NCBI GenBank assembly: GCA_934365195.1
Contig: CAKRNA010000003.1
Location: 183,804-247,803, forward strand
Origin: an uncultured Clostridia bacterium
GTDB lineage: Bacteria; Bacillota; Clostridia; Christensenellales; CAAEEZ01
Reading direction: 5' to 3'
Length of the DNA stretch: 64,000 bases
Part shown: positions 8,596-18,991 of the stretch, piece after piece
Layout: each line of letters begins with the position of its first letter
Position numbering within the stretch: the first letter of the stretch is position 1
Program-made: the position numbers and the translations under genes
The notes under the pieces: generated by a model
What the model was told of the DNA's origin: nothing
Database searches by the model: none
What the model saw: only the letters and a program-made list of their open reading frames with translations

Positions 8596-9714
8596 TTATT
8601 TTAAGTTTTCAGGGTTTAGGCATTTTAGTTCGTCAAGCACAAACACGCCGTCTTTTCTAATTAGCACGTCGTCAAAGTAGATTTCGCCACCGCCGTACTC
8701 TTTGGTTTGAACAAGCACTAAATCCCAATGGATTGCCGAGTGGTTGCCGTTTGGTGCGTCCTCGTAGCAGCAGCCCGGGGTGAAGTGGATAGAACCGCTA
8801 ATCTTTTCGTCGAACAAAATATCGCCCATAGGGTTTTTGATGTAAGGGTTTACGCCAAGAGCGAACTCGCCCACGTATCTACTGCCCTCGTCGGTGTCGA
8901 ACACTTTGTTGATTTCTTCGGTGTGGTTGCTAGTAGCCTCAATAATCTTGCCGTCCTTAAAGGTTAGGCTGATATTTTCGTACTTAATACCGCCCTCGGG
9001 AGAACTTACGTTGTAAGTAATTTTTCCGTTTACGCTGTCCTTAACGGGTGCGGTGTAGATTTCGCCGTCCGGTATATTCATTTGACCTGCGCACTTAATT
9101 GCCGGTATGCCCTTTATTGAGAAGGTAAGGTCGGTATTAGGAGCAACGATTCTTACCTTATCGGTTTTGTCCATAAGCGCTTTTAAAGCGTCCATTGCCT
9201 TGTCCATTTTGGAGTAGTCAAGGTTGCAAACGTCAAAGTAGAAGTCCTCGAAAGCCTCGCTGCTCATACCGCTCATTTGCGCCATGCTCGGAGTTGGGTA
9301 TCTTAGTACCACCCACTTGGTTTCGCCCACCCTTATTTTGTGGTGAACGGGGTAGGAATATTCCCTATTGTATAGGCTCATTTTGTCGCTAGGAACGTCG
9401 CTAAGTTCGTTGTCGTTGTTAGTACCCCTAACGCCGATATAAGCGTCCATCTCCTTCATTTTGTCGGCGTCGAATTTTGCCATAAGTTTTACCATATCCT
9501 CGGTAAGACCGTTTAAAATTTCCCTCGTTATCCTCTCGTTAGAAAGATGAACGAACGGGAATGCGCCCACTTTGTATATTTCTTGAACCAAATGATTCAC
9601 AAATTGATAATCCACGGACTTTGCGTCTATCCAAACTTTTTCGCCTTTTTGAACTCTGCAAGAAAAATTTACAAGGTTGTAGGCTAATTTTTGTAATCTT
9701 TTATCAGTTATCAT
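8596..9714 (-). CDS. M29-family aminopeptidase (AmpS/PepS-like)
   Basis: 372 aa. Overall resemblance to the thermophilic-metalloprotease M29 family (N-terminal LQKLAYNLVNFS..., C-terminal HWD region). Confidence 0.75.
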   Translation of the reverse strand: MITDKRLQKLAYNLVNFSCRVQKGEKVWIDAKSVDYQFVNHLVQEIYKVGAFPFVHLSNERITREILNGLTEDMVKLMAKFDADKMKEMDAYIGVRGTNNDNELSDVPSDKMSLYNREYSYPVHHKIRVGETKWVVLRYPTPSMAQMSGMSSEAFEDFYFDVCNLDYSKMDKAMDALKALMDKTDKVRIVAPNTDLTFSIKGIPAIKCAGQMNIPDGEIYTAPVKDSVNGKITYNVSSPEGGIKYENISLTFKDGKIIEATSNHTEEINKVFDTDEGSRYVGEFALGVNPYIKNPMGDILFDEKISGSIHFTPGCCYEDAPNGNHSAIHWDLVLVQTKEYGGGEIYFDDVLIRKDGVFVLDELKCLNPENLK

Positions 9715-9894
9715 ATAATGCCTCCTAACTAATTACTATTATTATACAACAACCGCCAAAAAAAACAAGTTGATTTGACTTGTTTAAAATATTTTTAAGT
9801 TTTTTGAACATTTTTAAATAAATGCTTAAATTTGGATACAATTTAGGTTAAATAGTGTATAATATTAGCGTACCAAATTTATGGAGGAAATTTT

Positions 9895-10827
9895 ATGCCA
9901 TTAGTTAATACTAAAGAGATGTTCAAAAAAGCATACGCAGGCGGATATGCTATCGGTGCGTTCAACGTAAATAATATGGAAACTATCCAAGGTATCGTTG
10001 AAGCAGCAAGACTAGAGAAATCTCCGGTTATTTTGCAAGTATCGGCTGGCGCTAGAAAGTACGCTAACCCAACCTACCTTAGAAAGTTGATTGAGGCAGC
10101 AGTTATCGAAGCCCCTGAAATTCCTATTTGTATGCACTTAGACCACGGCGCAGACTTTGCTATTTGTAAAGATTCTATCGACGGTGGCTTTACCTCGGTA
10201 ATGATTGACGCATCTCATCATAGTTTTGAAGAAAATATCAAAATCACGCAAGAAGTTGTTAAGTACGCTCACGACAGAAACGTAACCGTTGAGGCTGAAC
10301 TTGGTCAACTTGCAGGCGTTGAGGACGACGTAAACGTAAGCGCTGAAGACGCTCACTACACAAGGCCTGAAGAGGTTGAGGAGTTCGTATCTAGAACCGG
10401 CGTAGACAGTCTTGCTATCGCAATCGGCACTAGCCACGGCGCATTTAAGTTCAAAACCCAACCAAAACTTCGCTTCGATATCTTAGAGGAAGTTGGTAAG
10501 AGATTGCCTGAATTCCCTATCGTTCTTCACGGCGCAAGCAGTATTCCACAAGAGTACGTAAAAGAAATCCGTGAGTACGGCGGAGATATGAGCGGCGCTA
10601 TGGGTGTTCCTGAAGAAATGCTAAGACAAGCAGCGTCTATGGCAGTTTGCAAAATCAACGTAGATAGCGACTTGCGTATGGCTTTCACCGCAGCAGTAAG
10701 AAAGCACTTTGCTTTAAACCCTGCTCACTTCGATCCTCGTCAATACCTTGGCGATGCCAGAAGTGCTATCACCGAAATCGTAAGACACAAAATTGTGGAC
10801 GTATTAGGCAGCAACGGTCAAGCGTAA
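9895..10827 (+). CDS. fba: class II fructose-1,6-bisphosphate aldolase
   Basis: 310 aa with GAFNVNN, HLDHG and TSHGAFKF motifs. Confidence 0.95.
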   Translation: MPLVNTKEMFKKAYAGGYAIGAFNVNNMETIQGIVEAARLEKSPVILQVSAGARKYANPTYLRKLIEAAVIEAPEIPICMHLDHGADFAICKDSIDGGFTSVMIDASHHSFEENIKITQEVVKYAHDRNVTVEAELGQLAGVEDDVNVSAEDAHYTRPEEVEEFVSRTGVDSLAIAIGTSHGAFKFKTQPKLRFDILEEVGKRLPEFPIVLHGASSIPQEYVKEIREYGGDMSGAMGVPEEMLRQAASMAVCKINVDSDLRMAFTAAVRKHFALNPAHFDPRQYLGDARSAITEIVRHKIVDVLGSNGQA

Positions 10828-10846
10828 TTATTAAAAAAACACACTT

Positions 10847-10874
10847 AAAGCAGGCAGTTCAGCCTGCTTTTTTT
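10847..10874 (+). terminator. intrinsic terminator of fba
   Basis: AAAGCAGGC-AGTTCA-GCCTGCTTT followed by a T run. Confidence 0.85.
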
Positions 10875-11135
10875 GTTCATCGTTACCACATATCCCCCTT
10901 TATCGTATTGCTTTTTCGTTCATTTGTAGCCTCTTATTCCCCTCTGCCGTACCGCTCTAAATTATCGTTATTCCTCATTTCCATTTATCGTGCCGCTCTT
11001 ATTACTATTTTCTGCCCTCGCTTGTAAAACGCTTTGTTATTTCATTATCTTTGCCACCATTTGTAAAATTTATCCTCAATCGGTATCACTACTCTAATAA
11101 ACGTAAGCCGCAACTTTCAACGATTTACAAAAGAA

Positions 11136-11927
11136 TTACTTGCCTTTGCGGTTTATTTTATGGTTTTTCCCTTTAAGCACGTGCCCACTCTTTTTCACGC
11201 CGACTTTTTTTAGTAGCGTGGCTCTACTTTTTGCGGTGACAGACTTATTGTTTGCGTTTTCTTTCAGTTTGCAGGATAAGGCGGTTAACTTACCCATAAT
11301 ATCGAGGTTAGCGCTTGGCAAGGCAGCCACTTTGTTTTTTAGCAAGAATTTGTAGGCGTAAGTGACGAAAGCAAACGCTACCAAAATAGCAAGCAATGTG
11401 ATGATTATATCTAGGTGCTGCTTAAAATACAGCGACAACACGGCGATAATCACCCCACTAATTAGGTTGCCGATAGCAACAGCCAAGAGGCTTTTAATCG
11501 GGTTTAGCCCCAAAAATACCGCAACGGTAGAGCCCGTGTACGCCCCCGTAAAAGGCACAGGAACAGCCACAAACATTGTTACCGCCACGTATTTTGCTAG
11601 GTTTTGGTGCTTTTTTGCTAGCGATTTTTTGTTGATTTCGCCGCTTTTTTTATTTACGTCCGCCTCGAAGTTTTCGGCGATATTTTTCATAAATTTGGTG
11701 CTTTTTAGGTAATTTACAAAGGGTTTTACAAAAATCATATTAGGAATAACCGCAAGCGTAGAGCCTAAAACCGACAGGAAAATTGCAAGAAAAACGTTCA
11801 TTTCCATACCGATTGCAATAGGAACTGCGCCACGAATTTCAATCATGGGCAAAACCGAAAGTAGCAGCACGGAAAGTTCGTCACTTTGGACTGCCTGCCT
11901 TAAAAAAGCGATAATATTTTCTACCAT
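11136..11927 (-). CDS. COG2426-type small multidrug-export-like membrane protein with a basic C-terminal tail
   Basis: IEIRGAVPIAIG motif and 4-5 hydrophobic helices. I place the start at MVENII (11927), preceded by AGGAGG; the track ORF extends to 12005. Confidence 0.5.
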   Translation of the reverse strand: MVENIIAFLRQAVQSDELSVLLLSVLPMIEIRGAVPIAIGMEMNVFLAIFLSVLGSTLAVIPNMIFVKPFVNYLKSTKFMKNIAENFEADVNKKSGEINKKSLAKKHQNLAKYVAVTMFVAVPVPFTGAYTGSTVAVFLGLNPIKSLLAVAIGNLISGVIIAVLSLYFKQHLDIIITLLAILVAFAFVTYAYKFLLKNKVAALPSANLDIMGKLTALSCKLKENANNKSVTAKSRATLLKKVGVKKSGHVLKGKNHKINRKGK

Positions 11928-11999
11928 ATCCCCTCCTAAGTGGTTATTTTTAGTTGCATTTTGCCCTAAATACCTATAAAATAATTGTGGAAGGTGTTT

Positions 12000-12737
12000 A
12001 TGCAAAAACTTTTAGGGCTAATGCGAAAAGCAATTACAGACTATAATATGATTCAAGACGGAGACCACGTAGCAGTAGGTATTTCAGGCGGAAAGGACAG
12101 TATCGTTCTACTATCTTTGCTAGCAAGATACCGCACTTTTTCCAGCGAAAAATTTACGCTATCGGGAATACACGTCAATATGAATTTCAAGGATACGAGC
12201 CAAGCCGAAGTGGAAAGCCTAAAAAGGTACTGCAAGGAGATTGACGTTCCGCTTTACGTAGTAGACACCAACCTTGCCGAGATAATTTTCGAGGAAAGGA
12301 AGGAAAAACGCCCTTGCTCCTTGTGTTCCAAAATGCGTCGTGGCGCACTAAACACCAAGGCAAACGAGATAGGTGCAAACAAAATTGCCCTTGGTCACCA
12401 TGTGGACGACGCCCTTGAAACGCTGTTTTTATCCTTAACGCACGAGGGAAGAATATCTACTTTCCCGCCGATTGCCTATATGAGTAGGACGGATAAATAC
12501 GTAATAAGACCTATGATTTACCTTGAAGAGCGCCAAATCGTAAATTGCCAAAGAAAGTACGACATGCCGGTCGTTTTTAACCCTTGCCCAATGGACAAGC
12601 ACTCCGAACGTGAGTACACCAAAAAGTTAATCGAAAGGATTGATACCGAAGTGGAAGGCTCTAAACTGCAAATGATTCGTGCACTTACAAACCCCGAAAG
12701 GAACAATCTTTGGGACAAATACAAAAACCTTGACTAA
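12000..12737 (+). CDS. ttcA: TtcA-family PP-loop ATPase (tRNA 2-thiocytidine biosynthesis-like)
   Basis: SGGKDS PP-loop plus CSLCSKMRRG and NPCP cysteine motifs. The ATG at 12000 is preceded by GGAAGGTG. Confidence 0.75.
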   Translation: MQKLLGLMRKAITDYNMIQDGDHVAVGISGGKDSIVLLSLLARYRTFSSEKFTLSGIHVNMNFKDTSQAEVESLKRYCKEIDVPLYVVDTNLAEIIFEERKEKRPCSLCSKMRRGALNTKANEIGANKIALGHHVDDALETLFLSLTHEGRISTFPPIAYMSRTDKYVIRPMIYLEERQIVNCQRKYDMPVVFNPCPMDKHSEREYTKKLIERIDTEVEGSKLQMIRALTNPERNNLWDKYKNLD

Positions 12738-12759
12738 ACCGCAGATAGCGGTTTTTTTT
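12737..12759 (+). terminator. intrinsic terminator of ttcA
   Basis: ACCGC-AGATA-GCGGT followed by eight T. Confidence 0.7.
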
Positions 12760-12877
12760 CTTGTAGATTTAACGAAATTCCCTATTTATTTAGCGATTCC
12801 TTTGCGTTTTACCTAAAAGCCCCTCTTTTTCTTGGCATTTTATCCTAAAACCTCTCTATTTCATTAGCGTTTTTACA

Positions 12878-13029
12878 CAAACTTGCACATTAAATACTCC
12901 CCTCATTGCACTTTAACACGCTACTCGTTACACTTAAATTTGCTACTCATTAAACTTAAATTTTACTACTCATTGCACTTAAATTTTATTGCTAATTGCA
13001 CTTTAAATGCTTGTAACTAACTTTATATG
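12878..13029. repeat. degenerate tandem array, about 7 units of 20-23 bp
   Basis: Units include ctactcgttacacttaaatttg, ctactcattaaacttaaatttta, ctactcattgcacttaaatttta and ttgctaattgcactttaaatg. The core is CTACT-N4-5-CACTTAA. Confidence 0.7.
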
Positions 13030-13106
13030 CAACTATTCTCGGCGTATTCAATTTTTAAGGCGTTTTACCTTAGATTTAGCGCTTAACACTCTCTTTTTAG
13101 CGGTTT

Positions 13107-13382
13107 TTAAGTTGGTTTTTTATCATTTTCACCACGCATTTTGCTCAACTCTTCGTAGCGTCGTTTAGTGCTTTCGCCCCCTCTTAAATGGCGGACAGAA
13201 AAATTATATTCCAAAATATCGCGCACCCTGTAATAGAGGTAACTATCAATCTTTATTAGCCTACCGGACATATCCAAGTGCACGGTGCTTTTGCTCACTC
13301 CGAATTTTTCGGCGGTTTGACGAATTGTGGATTTCGTATCCAGAATATAATTTGCCTCCTCTAAAATTCTATCTTCAATCAT
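13107..13382 (-). CDS. spoIIID: stage III sporulation protein D, mother-cell transcription factor
   Basis: 91 aa. The FGVSKSTVHLD HTH and the RHLRGGESTK motif closely match my recollection of B. subtilis SpoIIID. Confidence 0.9.
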   Translation of the reverse strand: MIEDRILEEANYILDTKSTIRQTAEKFGVSKSTVHLDMSGRLIKIDSYLYYRVRDILEYNFSVRHLRGGESTKRRYEELSKMRGENDKKPT

Positions 13383-13756
13383 TATTTTCCCCTTGGCATT
13401 TACTTCTTTATAAACTTATTTTTATAGACAATGATTTATGCCATAAAAACAAAATAATATATTTTTTTAGCCACAAATACCGCAAAACCAACTAATTAGT
13501 AATGCCAAAACAACGTTAAATGAAAGTACTTTTACAAAAGCATATATATTTTGCGTTTTATATACTAGCCAACAAAAGAAAAACGTCAAAAACCACTTTT
13601 ATTTGCCCTTTTAAAGTTATAAAAAAGCACTAATTTACAAATAAAACCCACTAAGCACAAGCAAATTCACTAAAAAAGCACAAAACTCTAACGAAAAATT
13701 CTTTAATAAAAAACCAAAAGCATTAAATTTAGCAGGGAAAACCGTTTGATAAGCAT

Positions 13757-13842
13757 CTACTAAACACTTAACAAACACCTATTAAATACTTAATAAACAC
13801 TTACCAAACACTAGCAAACGCCTAATAGATACCAAAAACAAT
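13757..13842. repeat. degenerate tandem array, 4 units of 21-22 bp
   Basis: ctactaaacacttaacaaacac, ctattaaatacttaataaacac, ttaccaaacactagcaaacgc and ctaatagataccaaaaacaat. Shares the CTACT..CACTTAA core with 12878-13029. Confidence 0.6.
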
Positions 13843-13866
13843 AAAAATCGAGCCACTTTAAAGCAC

Positions 13867-13898
13867 AAAAAAATAGGCTCACCATTTGGTAAGCCTAT
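13867..13898 (-). terminator. intrinsic terminator of the ribosomal alpha operon
   Basis: ATAGGCTTACC-AAAT-GGTGAGCCTAT followed by seven T on the minus strand. Confidence 0.85.
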
Positions 13899-13910
13899 CG
13901 GTTTTGTAAA

Positions 13911-14423
13911 TTAAACTAATTGTAAGATAACCATATCAGCGTTATCGCCAAGTCTGTTCTCTACACGAAGAATTCTGGTGTAGCCGCCGCCTTGTCCTAG
14001 TTCCTTAGCACGCTCAGCGTATTTTGGAGCGTATTCGTTAAAGATTTTCTCTACAAGAGGGTGAGCAACGTCAGCAGTTCTTGCTTTGTAAGCGCTCTTA
14101 GACTCTTTGTCGCCTTTGATTTCTTGCAAGTCTACAAGAGAAGCCATAAGTTTTCTTCTTGCAGCAAGTTTCTTAGCACCGTCATTAGTAAACTCTACGG
14201 CAACGGTCTCGCCTTTCAAGTTTTTCTTGTTTTTGGTAACGGTAACGGTATCTTCGTAAGTGTTAATAGCAAGAGTAATGTATTTTTCTGCTAATTTTCT
14301 TACTTCTTTTGCTCTATCTAGCGTAGTATTCAAAGTGCCAAACCACAAAAATTCGGACACTTGATTTTTTAATATAGCCATTCTCAAATCAGTTGGTTTA
14401 CTTAATTTTCTGTATCCAGCCAT
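13911..14423 (-). CDS. rplQ: 50S ribosomal protein L17 (bL17), long form with an internal insertion
   Basis: YRKL N-terminus and GGYTRI C-terminal motif. 170 aa. Confidence 0.9.
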   Translation of the reverse strand: MAGYRKLSKPTDLRMAILKNQVSEFLWFGTLNTTLDRAKEVRKLAEKYITLAINTYEDTVTVTKNKKNLKGETVAVEFTNDGAKKLAARRKLMASLVDLQEIKGDKESKSAYKARTADVAHPLVEKIFNEYAPKYAERAKELGQGGGYTRILRVENRLGDNADMVILQLV

Positions 14424-14435
14424 TGTTATATCTCC

Positions 14436-15386
14436 TTACTCATCTTTGTTTCGTAAAGATAAGCCTAAATCATCTAGTTTCTTCTTAACTTCGTCTAGTG
14501 ATTTCTTACCTAAGTTACGAACTTTTAGCATATCATCTTCAGATTTTTGAGTTAAATCTTGAATTGTGTTGATTCCCGCTCTCTTCAAGCAGTTATACGA
14601 ACGAACCGAGAAGTCCAAATCTTCGATATTAGTTAGTAGTACCTTTTGTTGTTGGTTATCCTCGTGGTCAACAAGAATACTGCTTTCGCCCATACGGTCT
14701 ACTAGGTTTACGAATTCTAACAACAAGTCGTTCATAATTTTTGCTGCAAGACTTATGTTTTCTTTTGGAGTAGTAGTACCGTTAGTAGTAATTTCGATGG
14801 TTAGTTTATCGTAGTTAATACTTTGCTCTACCCTAGTAGGCTCTACGGTGTAGTTTACCTTTTGAACAGGAGTGTAGATAGAGTCGATAGGAATGTAACC
14901 TATAGGCTCAGATGCGTCCTTATTCTTATCAGCAGACTCATAACCTCTACCGGTGTTAGCGTACAAATCCATATCTAATACGCAACCTTCCTCAACCGAG
15001 CAGATGTACATATCCGGGTTAAGAATTTCTACGTCGCTTGGTACTTCTATATCTTTTGCGAAAACTTTTCCAGGAGTTTTAACAAACAATTTTAAGTGTT
15101 TTTTGCTGGTATCTGCGTTGTTATGAATTTTGATTGCCAAACCTTTTAGGTTAAGAATAATCTCAACAACGTCCTCTTTAACTCCTTCAATAGTAGAAAA
15201 CTCATGGTCTACGCCGGCAATTCTAACACCAACTAGTGCAGCGCCGGGTAAAGAAGAAAGTAAAATCCTTCTTAAAGCGTTACCTAAGGTAGTACCGAAA
15301 CCTCTTTCAAGCGGTTCGATAACGAACTTAGCGTACGATCTGTTTTCTTCCTCTATCTTTATATCAGGCTTACGCATTTCTATCAT
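14436..15386 (-). CDS. rpoA: DNA-directed RNA polymerase alpha subunit
   Basis: ERGFGTTLGNALRR motif and a C-terminal domain with SVRSYNCLKRAGI. I place the start at 15386 because GGAGGA lies 7 nt upstream. Confidence 0.95.
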   Translation of the reverse strand: MIEMRKPDIKIEEENRSYAKFVIEPLERGFGTTLGNALRRILLSSLPGAALVGVRIAGVDHEFSTIEGVKEDVVEIILNLKGLAIKIHNNADTSKKHLKLFVKTPGKVFAKDIEVPSDVEILNPDMYICSVEEGCVLDMDLYANTGRGYESADKNKDASEPIGYIPIDSIYTPVQKVNYTVEPTRVEQSINYDKLTIEITTNGTTTPKENISLAAKIMNDLLLEFVNLVDRMGESSILVDHEDNQQQKVLLTNIEDLDFSVRSYNCLKRAGINTIQDLTQKSEDDMLKVRNLGKKSLDEVKKKLDDLGLSLRNKDE

Positions 15387-15430
15387 AGAAAAATCCTCCA
15401 TTTAATAAATAATAGATTATTCAAAAACTA

Positions 15431-16054
15431 TTATTTAGAATACAACTCAACAATCAAGTGCTCAGCAATCGTTAGGTCAATATCGTCTCTTTGTGGCATA
15501 GCAACAACTTTACCCGACAAGGTAGCGTTGTCGAAGTTCAACCATTTAACAACGTTAAGGGTTTTTCCTTCCTTGATGTCTTTGTACATCTCTTTACTTT
15601 GCTTGCTCTCTTTAATAGCGATAACGTCGCCAACTTTTACAAGATAAGACGGAATATTAACAACTTTGCCGTTTACGGTAACGTGTCCGTGGTTTACAAG
15701 TTGACGGCTCATTGCTCTAGAAGAGCCAAGACCTAGTCTGTAAACAACGTTGTCTAATCTTCTTTCGATAAGAATTAACATATTCTCACCGGTTACGCCA
15801 CGCATTCTATCTGCTTTGTCATAGTACTCTCTGAATTGTTTTTCAAGAATACCGTAAATTCTCTTGCACTTTTGTTTTTCACGCAATTGAGTTGCGTACT
15901 CGGTTTGTTTTTTCTTTTGTGCGCCGTGTTGTCCCGGAACGTTAGGTCTAGACATAAATACGCACTTGTCAGAATAACATTTATCACCCTTTAAAAATAG
16001 TTTTTCGCCCTCTCTACGACATAGACGGCAAGATGCTTCTGTATATTTAGCCAT
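15431..16054 (-). CDS. rpsD: 30S ribosomal protein S4
   Basis: [17 protein letters not shown]-terminus and an S4 RNA-binding domain. Confidence 0.95.
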   Translation of the reverse strand: MAKYTEASCRLCRREGEKLFLKGDKCYSDKCVFMSRPNVPGQHGAQKKKQTEYATQLREKQKCKRIYGILEKQFREYYDKADRMRGVTGENMLILIERRLDNVVYRLGLGSSRAMSRQLVNHGHVTVNGKVVNIPSYLVKVGDVIAIKESKQSKEMYKDIKEGKTLNVVKWLNFDNATLSGKVVAMPQRDDIDLTIAEHLIVELYSK

Positions 16055-16066
16055 TTTTATTACCTC

Positions 16067-16456
16067 CTATATCCTTCTGCGTTTTGGCGGTCTGCATCCG
16101 TTGTGAGGGATAGGAGACACGTCTTGAATCATAGTTACTTCAAAGTCCAAGTTGCCTAATGCTCTTATTGCAGACTCTCTGCCTTGACCGGGACCTTTTA
16201 CGAAAACTTCTACTGAACGCATACCCATATCTTTTGCAACTTTACCTGCGTCTTCACAAACCATTTGTGCTGCAAAAGGAGTGCTTTTTCTAGAGCCTTT
16301 AAGTCCTAGTTTACCTGCGCTTGACCATGAAACTACGTTACCTTGTGTGTCGGTAAAAGTTACGATAGTGTTGTTGAAAGAAGAGTGAATGTGAACAGCG
16401 CCTTTATCGATGTGCTTAATATCTTTACGTCTTTTGATTTGCTTTTTAACTGCCAT
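16067..16456 (-). CDS. rpsK: 30S ribosomal protein S11
   Basis: 129 aa with NNTIVTFTD and [11 protein letters not shown] motifs. Confidence 0.95.
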   Translation of the reverse strand: MAVKKQIKRRKDIKHIDKGAVHIHSSFNNTIVTFTDTQGNVVSWSSAGKLGLKGSRKSTPFAAQMVCEDAGKVAKDMGMRSVEVFVKGPGQGRESAIRALGNLDFEVTMIQDVSPIPHNGCRPPKRRRI

Positions 16457-16474
16457 TGATATCTACCTCCTCTC

Positions 16475-16834
16475 TTACTTCTTAACAGGACGCTTAGGAC
16501 CTTTTCTGGTTCTTGCGTTTTGTTTGGTGTTTTGACCACGAACAGGAAGACCTTTTCTGTGTCTTACACCTCTATAACAGCCTATTTCCATAAGCCTTTT
16601 GATGTTTAACATTGTTTCTCTTTTCAAGTCACCTTCAACACGAAGGTTTTTCTCGATGTATTCTCTTAGTTTAGCAGTATCGTCTTCGGTAAGGTCTTTT
16701 ACTCTTACGTCAGGGTTAACACCGGTTTCGCTAAGAATTTTGTTAGCAGTTGCACGGCCAATACCATAAATATAGGTAAGACCAATTTCCACTCTTTTCT
16801 CACGTGGTAAATCTACACCAGCTATACGCGCCAT
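16475..16834 (-). CDS. rpsM: 30S ribosomal protein S13
   Basis: [11 protein letters not shown]-terminus. 119 aa. Confidence 0.95.
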   Translation of the reverse strand: MARIAGVDLPREKRVEIGLTYIYGIGRATANKILSETGVNPDVRVKDLTEDDTAKLREYIEKNLRVEGDLKRETMLNIKRLMEIGCYRGVRHRKGLPVRGQNTKQNARTRKGPKRPVKK

Positions 16835-16966
16835 TACGCTACCTCCATTAAAATTAAAATATTATCTATTTCATTAGTCGAAGTTAAGATAATCGTTGTA
16901 TAGTAAATGGAATGTAAACAACGACCAGCCGCATCTCTTTCGAATAATTACGTATTAGTAGTTCAA

Positions 16967-17083
16967 TTAGCCTTGAACTTGTTTGTGCTTTTTATATTTA
17001 CTGCAAATAACCATAACTTTTCCGTTACGGCGAATTACTTTACATTTATCACATATTGGTTTTACTGATGGTCTAACTTTCAT
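16967..17083 (-). CDS. rpmJ: 50S ribosomal protein L36
   Basis: Below the track size cutoff. My translation is [38 protein letters not shown]. Confidence 0.9.
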   Translation of the reverse strand: MKVRPSVKPICDKCKVIRRNGKVMVICSKYKKHKQVQG

Positions 17084-17102
17084 ATCTAACCTCCATTTAT
17101 TG

Positions 17103-17324
17103 TTAGTTTTTGCTTCTCCAGGTAATTCTACCCTTCGTTAAGTCGTAAGGACTCATTTCAATTTTAACCTTGTCCCCTTCCAAAATCTTAATATAGTTCA
17201 TACGCAGTTTGCCTGAAAGATAACTAGTTACTACGTGACCGTTAGGCAACTCAACTTTAAATTGAGCATTTGGTAATACTTCAATAACAACGCCTTCGGT
17301 TTCTATATTATCACTTTTTGCCAA
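17103..17324 (-). CDS. infA: translation initiation factor IF-1
   Basis: 73 aa S1-like fold sequence. TTG start with GGAGG 8 nt upstream. Confidence 0.95.
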   Translation of the reverse strand: MAKSDNIETEGVVIEVLPNAQFKVELPNGHVVTSYLSGKLRMNYIKILEGDKVKIEMSPYDLTKGRITWRSKN

Positions 17325-17607
17325 AATTATTTCCTCCGTTTAGGTTATAATACTTTTTTAGGGATATCTTTATTATTTTATCATAAAGAGGTGCCTTTTG
17401 AGAAATGATTTGTTGCACTTTTTCAAGAATTTCTCCATTACTTTGCAAATGTTTGATTTTTTTCAGTTTTGGAGCGCAGATTTTCCTAGTTTTGCCGTCC
17501 GCAATCCTTACGAACTTATCGCTTACGACTTCAACTACTACGAAAAATTTATCTTTGTCGTGTCCTTTTAACGATTTAACGACCGATCCAACCTGTAATT
17601 CTTGCAT
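17311..17607 (-). CDS. KOW-domain RNA-binding protein (conserved small gene between map and infA)
   Basis: 98 aa with a [23 protein letters not shown]-like motif. Positioned inside the spc/alpha operon junction. Confidence 0.6.
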   Translation of the reverse strand: MQELQVGSVVKSLKGHDKDKFFVVVEVVSDKFVRIADGKTRKICAPKLKKIKHLQSNGEILEKVQQIISQKAPLYDKIIKISLKKYYNLNGGNNFGKK

Positions 17608-17617
17608 ATTGTTTTCT

Positions 17618-18367
17618 CTATAACGTCAATATTTCGATACCGTTTTCGGTAAGTGCCACCGTATTTTCATAATGAGCACACGGTAAGCCGTCATTAGTTC
17701 TAATGGTCCAACCATCTTCGCTATCGCAATAAACTTTGTAAGTTCCCATAGCAATCATAGGCTCTATTGCCAGCGTCATACCAACGGCAAGCCTTGGTCC
17801 GTGACCTTCTCTGCCGTAGTTTGGAACGTTGGGATCTTCGTGCAAATCCCTTCCTACTCCGTGCCCTACTAAATCTCTGACTACTCCGTAGCCGAAGGAC
17901 TCGCAATATTTTTGGATAGCCGAGGATATATCGCCCAGCCTGTTTCCCACAACAAAGTTTTTAACTCCCCTGAAAAAACTTTCCTTAGTTACGTCCATAA
18001 GTTTTTGTTTTTCTTTGGAGATATTTCCTACGGCAAACGTTCTTGCCGCATCCGAATGGTATCCGTTTAGAAACGCTCCCGCATCAAGACTGATTATTTG
18101 ACCTTCCTTTAAGATTTCCTTTTTGCTAGGTATTCCGTGCACTACCACGTCGTCGATAGACGTACAAATAGCCCCCGGGAAACCGCCGTATCCCTTAAAA
18201 GATGGCTTTGCCCCACAACTAACAATGTAGTTGTAGGCAATTTCATCTAATTCGAAAGTAGATATGCCGGGCTTAACTTTTTCCCCGACAAGATCTAACA
18301 CGTCCCTTGTAATTTCCCCCGACTTTTTCATTAGTTTGATTTCGTCGGGAGTCTTAATAATAATCAT
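17618..18367 (-). CDS. map: type I methionine aminopeptidase
   Basis: 249 aa with characteristic D, D, H, E, E metal-ligand blocks (HGIP, DAGA, GHGVG, EPM). Confidence 0.95.
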   Translation of the reverse strand: MIIIKTPDEIKLMKKSGEITRDVLDLVGEKVKPGISTFELDEIAYNYIVSCGAKPSFKGYGGFPGAICTSIDDVVVHGIPSKKEILKEGQIISLDAGAFLNGYHSDAARTFAVGNISKEKQKLMDVTKESFFRGVKNFVVGNRLGDISSAIQKYCESFGYGVVRDLVGHGVGRDLHEDPNVPNYGREGHGPRLAVGMTLAIEPMIAMGTYKVYCDSEDGWTIRTNDGLPCAHYENTVALTENGIEILTL

Positions 18368-18990
18368 TATTTATCCAGAACCTTCTTTATTTCGTCGTAT
18401 ACTTCGCTGATTGCCTTGCTGCCGTCGATATCGAACACCACGCCGTCTTTCTTGTAATAATCGATAAGAGGTTTGGTTTGCTCGTTGTAAACGTTTAGTC
18501 TGTTTTCAACGGTTTCAGGTTTATCGTCGTCACGGATATACAACTCTTTACCGCACACTTTACATTTGTTTGAGCCGTTAAGCGTGCTAACGTGATAACT
18601 TTCACCGCAAGTGCACATTCTTCTACCGGTAATTCTATCCATTATTAGTTCGAATGGAACTTGCAAGTTAAGTACGTAGTTAACCGAAGTGAATTTTTTC
18701 AAAGCGTCGGCTTGTGCTATAGTTCTTGGGAAACCGTCAAGTAGGTATCCGTTTTTAGCGTCGTCTTGCTTTAATCTATCCTCTACGATTGCTACAACCA
18801 CGTCGTCCGGAACTAACTGACCTTGGTCGATATAACTTTTAGCCATCTTGCCAAGTTCGGTTTGCTCTTTGATATTTTTTCTTAGTATGTCGCCCGTTGA
18901 GATATGCGGAATATTGTATTCGGTAGCAATTTTGGTTGCTTGCGAACCCTTACCCGCACCGGGAGCGCCTAATAATATTATATTTTTCAT
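18367..18990 (-). CDS. adk: adenylate kinase with a zinc-binding lid
   Basis: GAPGAGKGSQ P-loop; lid CTCG...CKVCG. Confidence 0.95.
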   Translation of the reverse strand: MKNIILLGAPGAGKGSQATKIATEYNIPHISTGDILRKNIKEQTELGKMAKSYIDQGQLVPDDVVVAIVEDRLKQDDAKNGYLLDGFPRTIAQADALKKFTSVNYVLNLQVPFELIMDRITGRRMCTCGESYHVSTLNGSNKCKVCGKELYIRDDDKPETVENRLNVYNEQTKPLIDYYKKDGVVFDIDGSKAISEVYDEIKKVLDK

Positions 18991-18991
18991 A

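Noticed and set aside
9758-9785. Strong minus-strand hairpin AAACAAGT-CAAATCA-ACTTGTTT followed by five T, upstream of the aminopeptidase gene.
   Set aside because: No minus-strand gene ends upstream of it, because fba is on the plus strand. A TATAAT for the aminopeptidase gene lies downstream of it. It is most simply an insulator against antisense transcription, and I cannot support a riboswitch or attenuator call.
12878-13029. Possible CRISPR array, because of short direct repeats.
   Set aside because: The units are contiguous and degenerate, with no unique spacers of 25-40 bp between them. There are no cas genes in the window.
16835-16966. Unusually long 132-nt gap between rpmJ and rpsM, with a 7 bp stem (TCGTTGT...ACAACGA), as a possible regulatory RNA or internal promoter.
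   Set aside because: The stem is short with an 18-nt loop, I could not find a convincing -35/-10 pair, and there is no U-tract.
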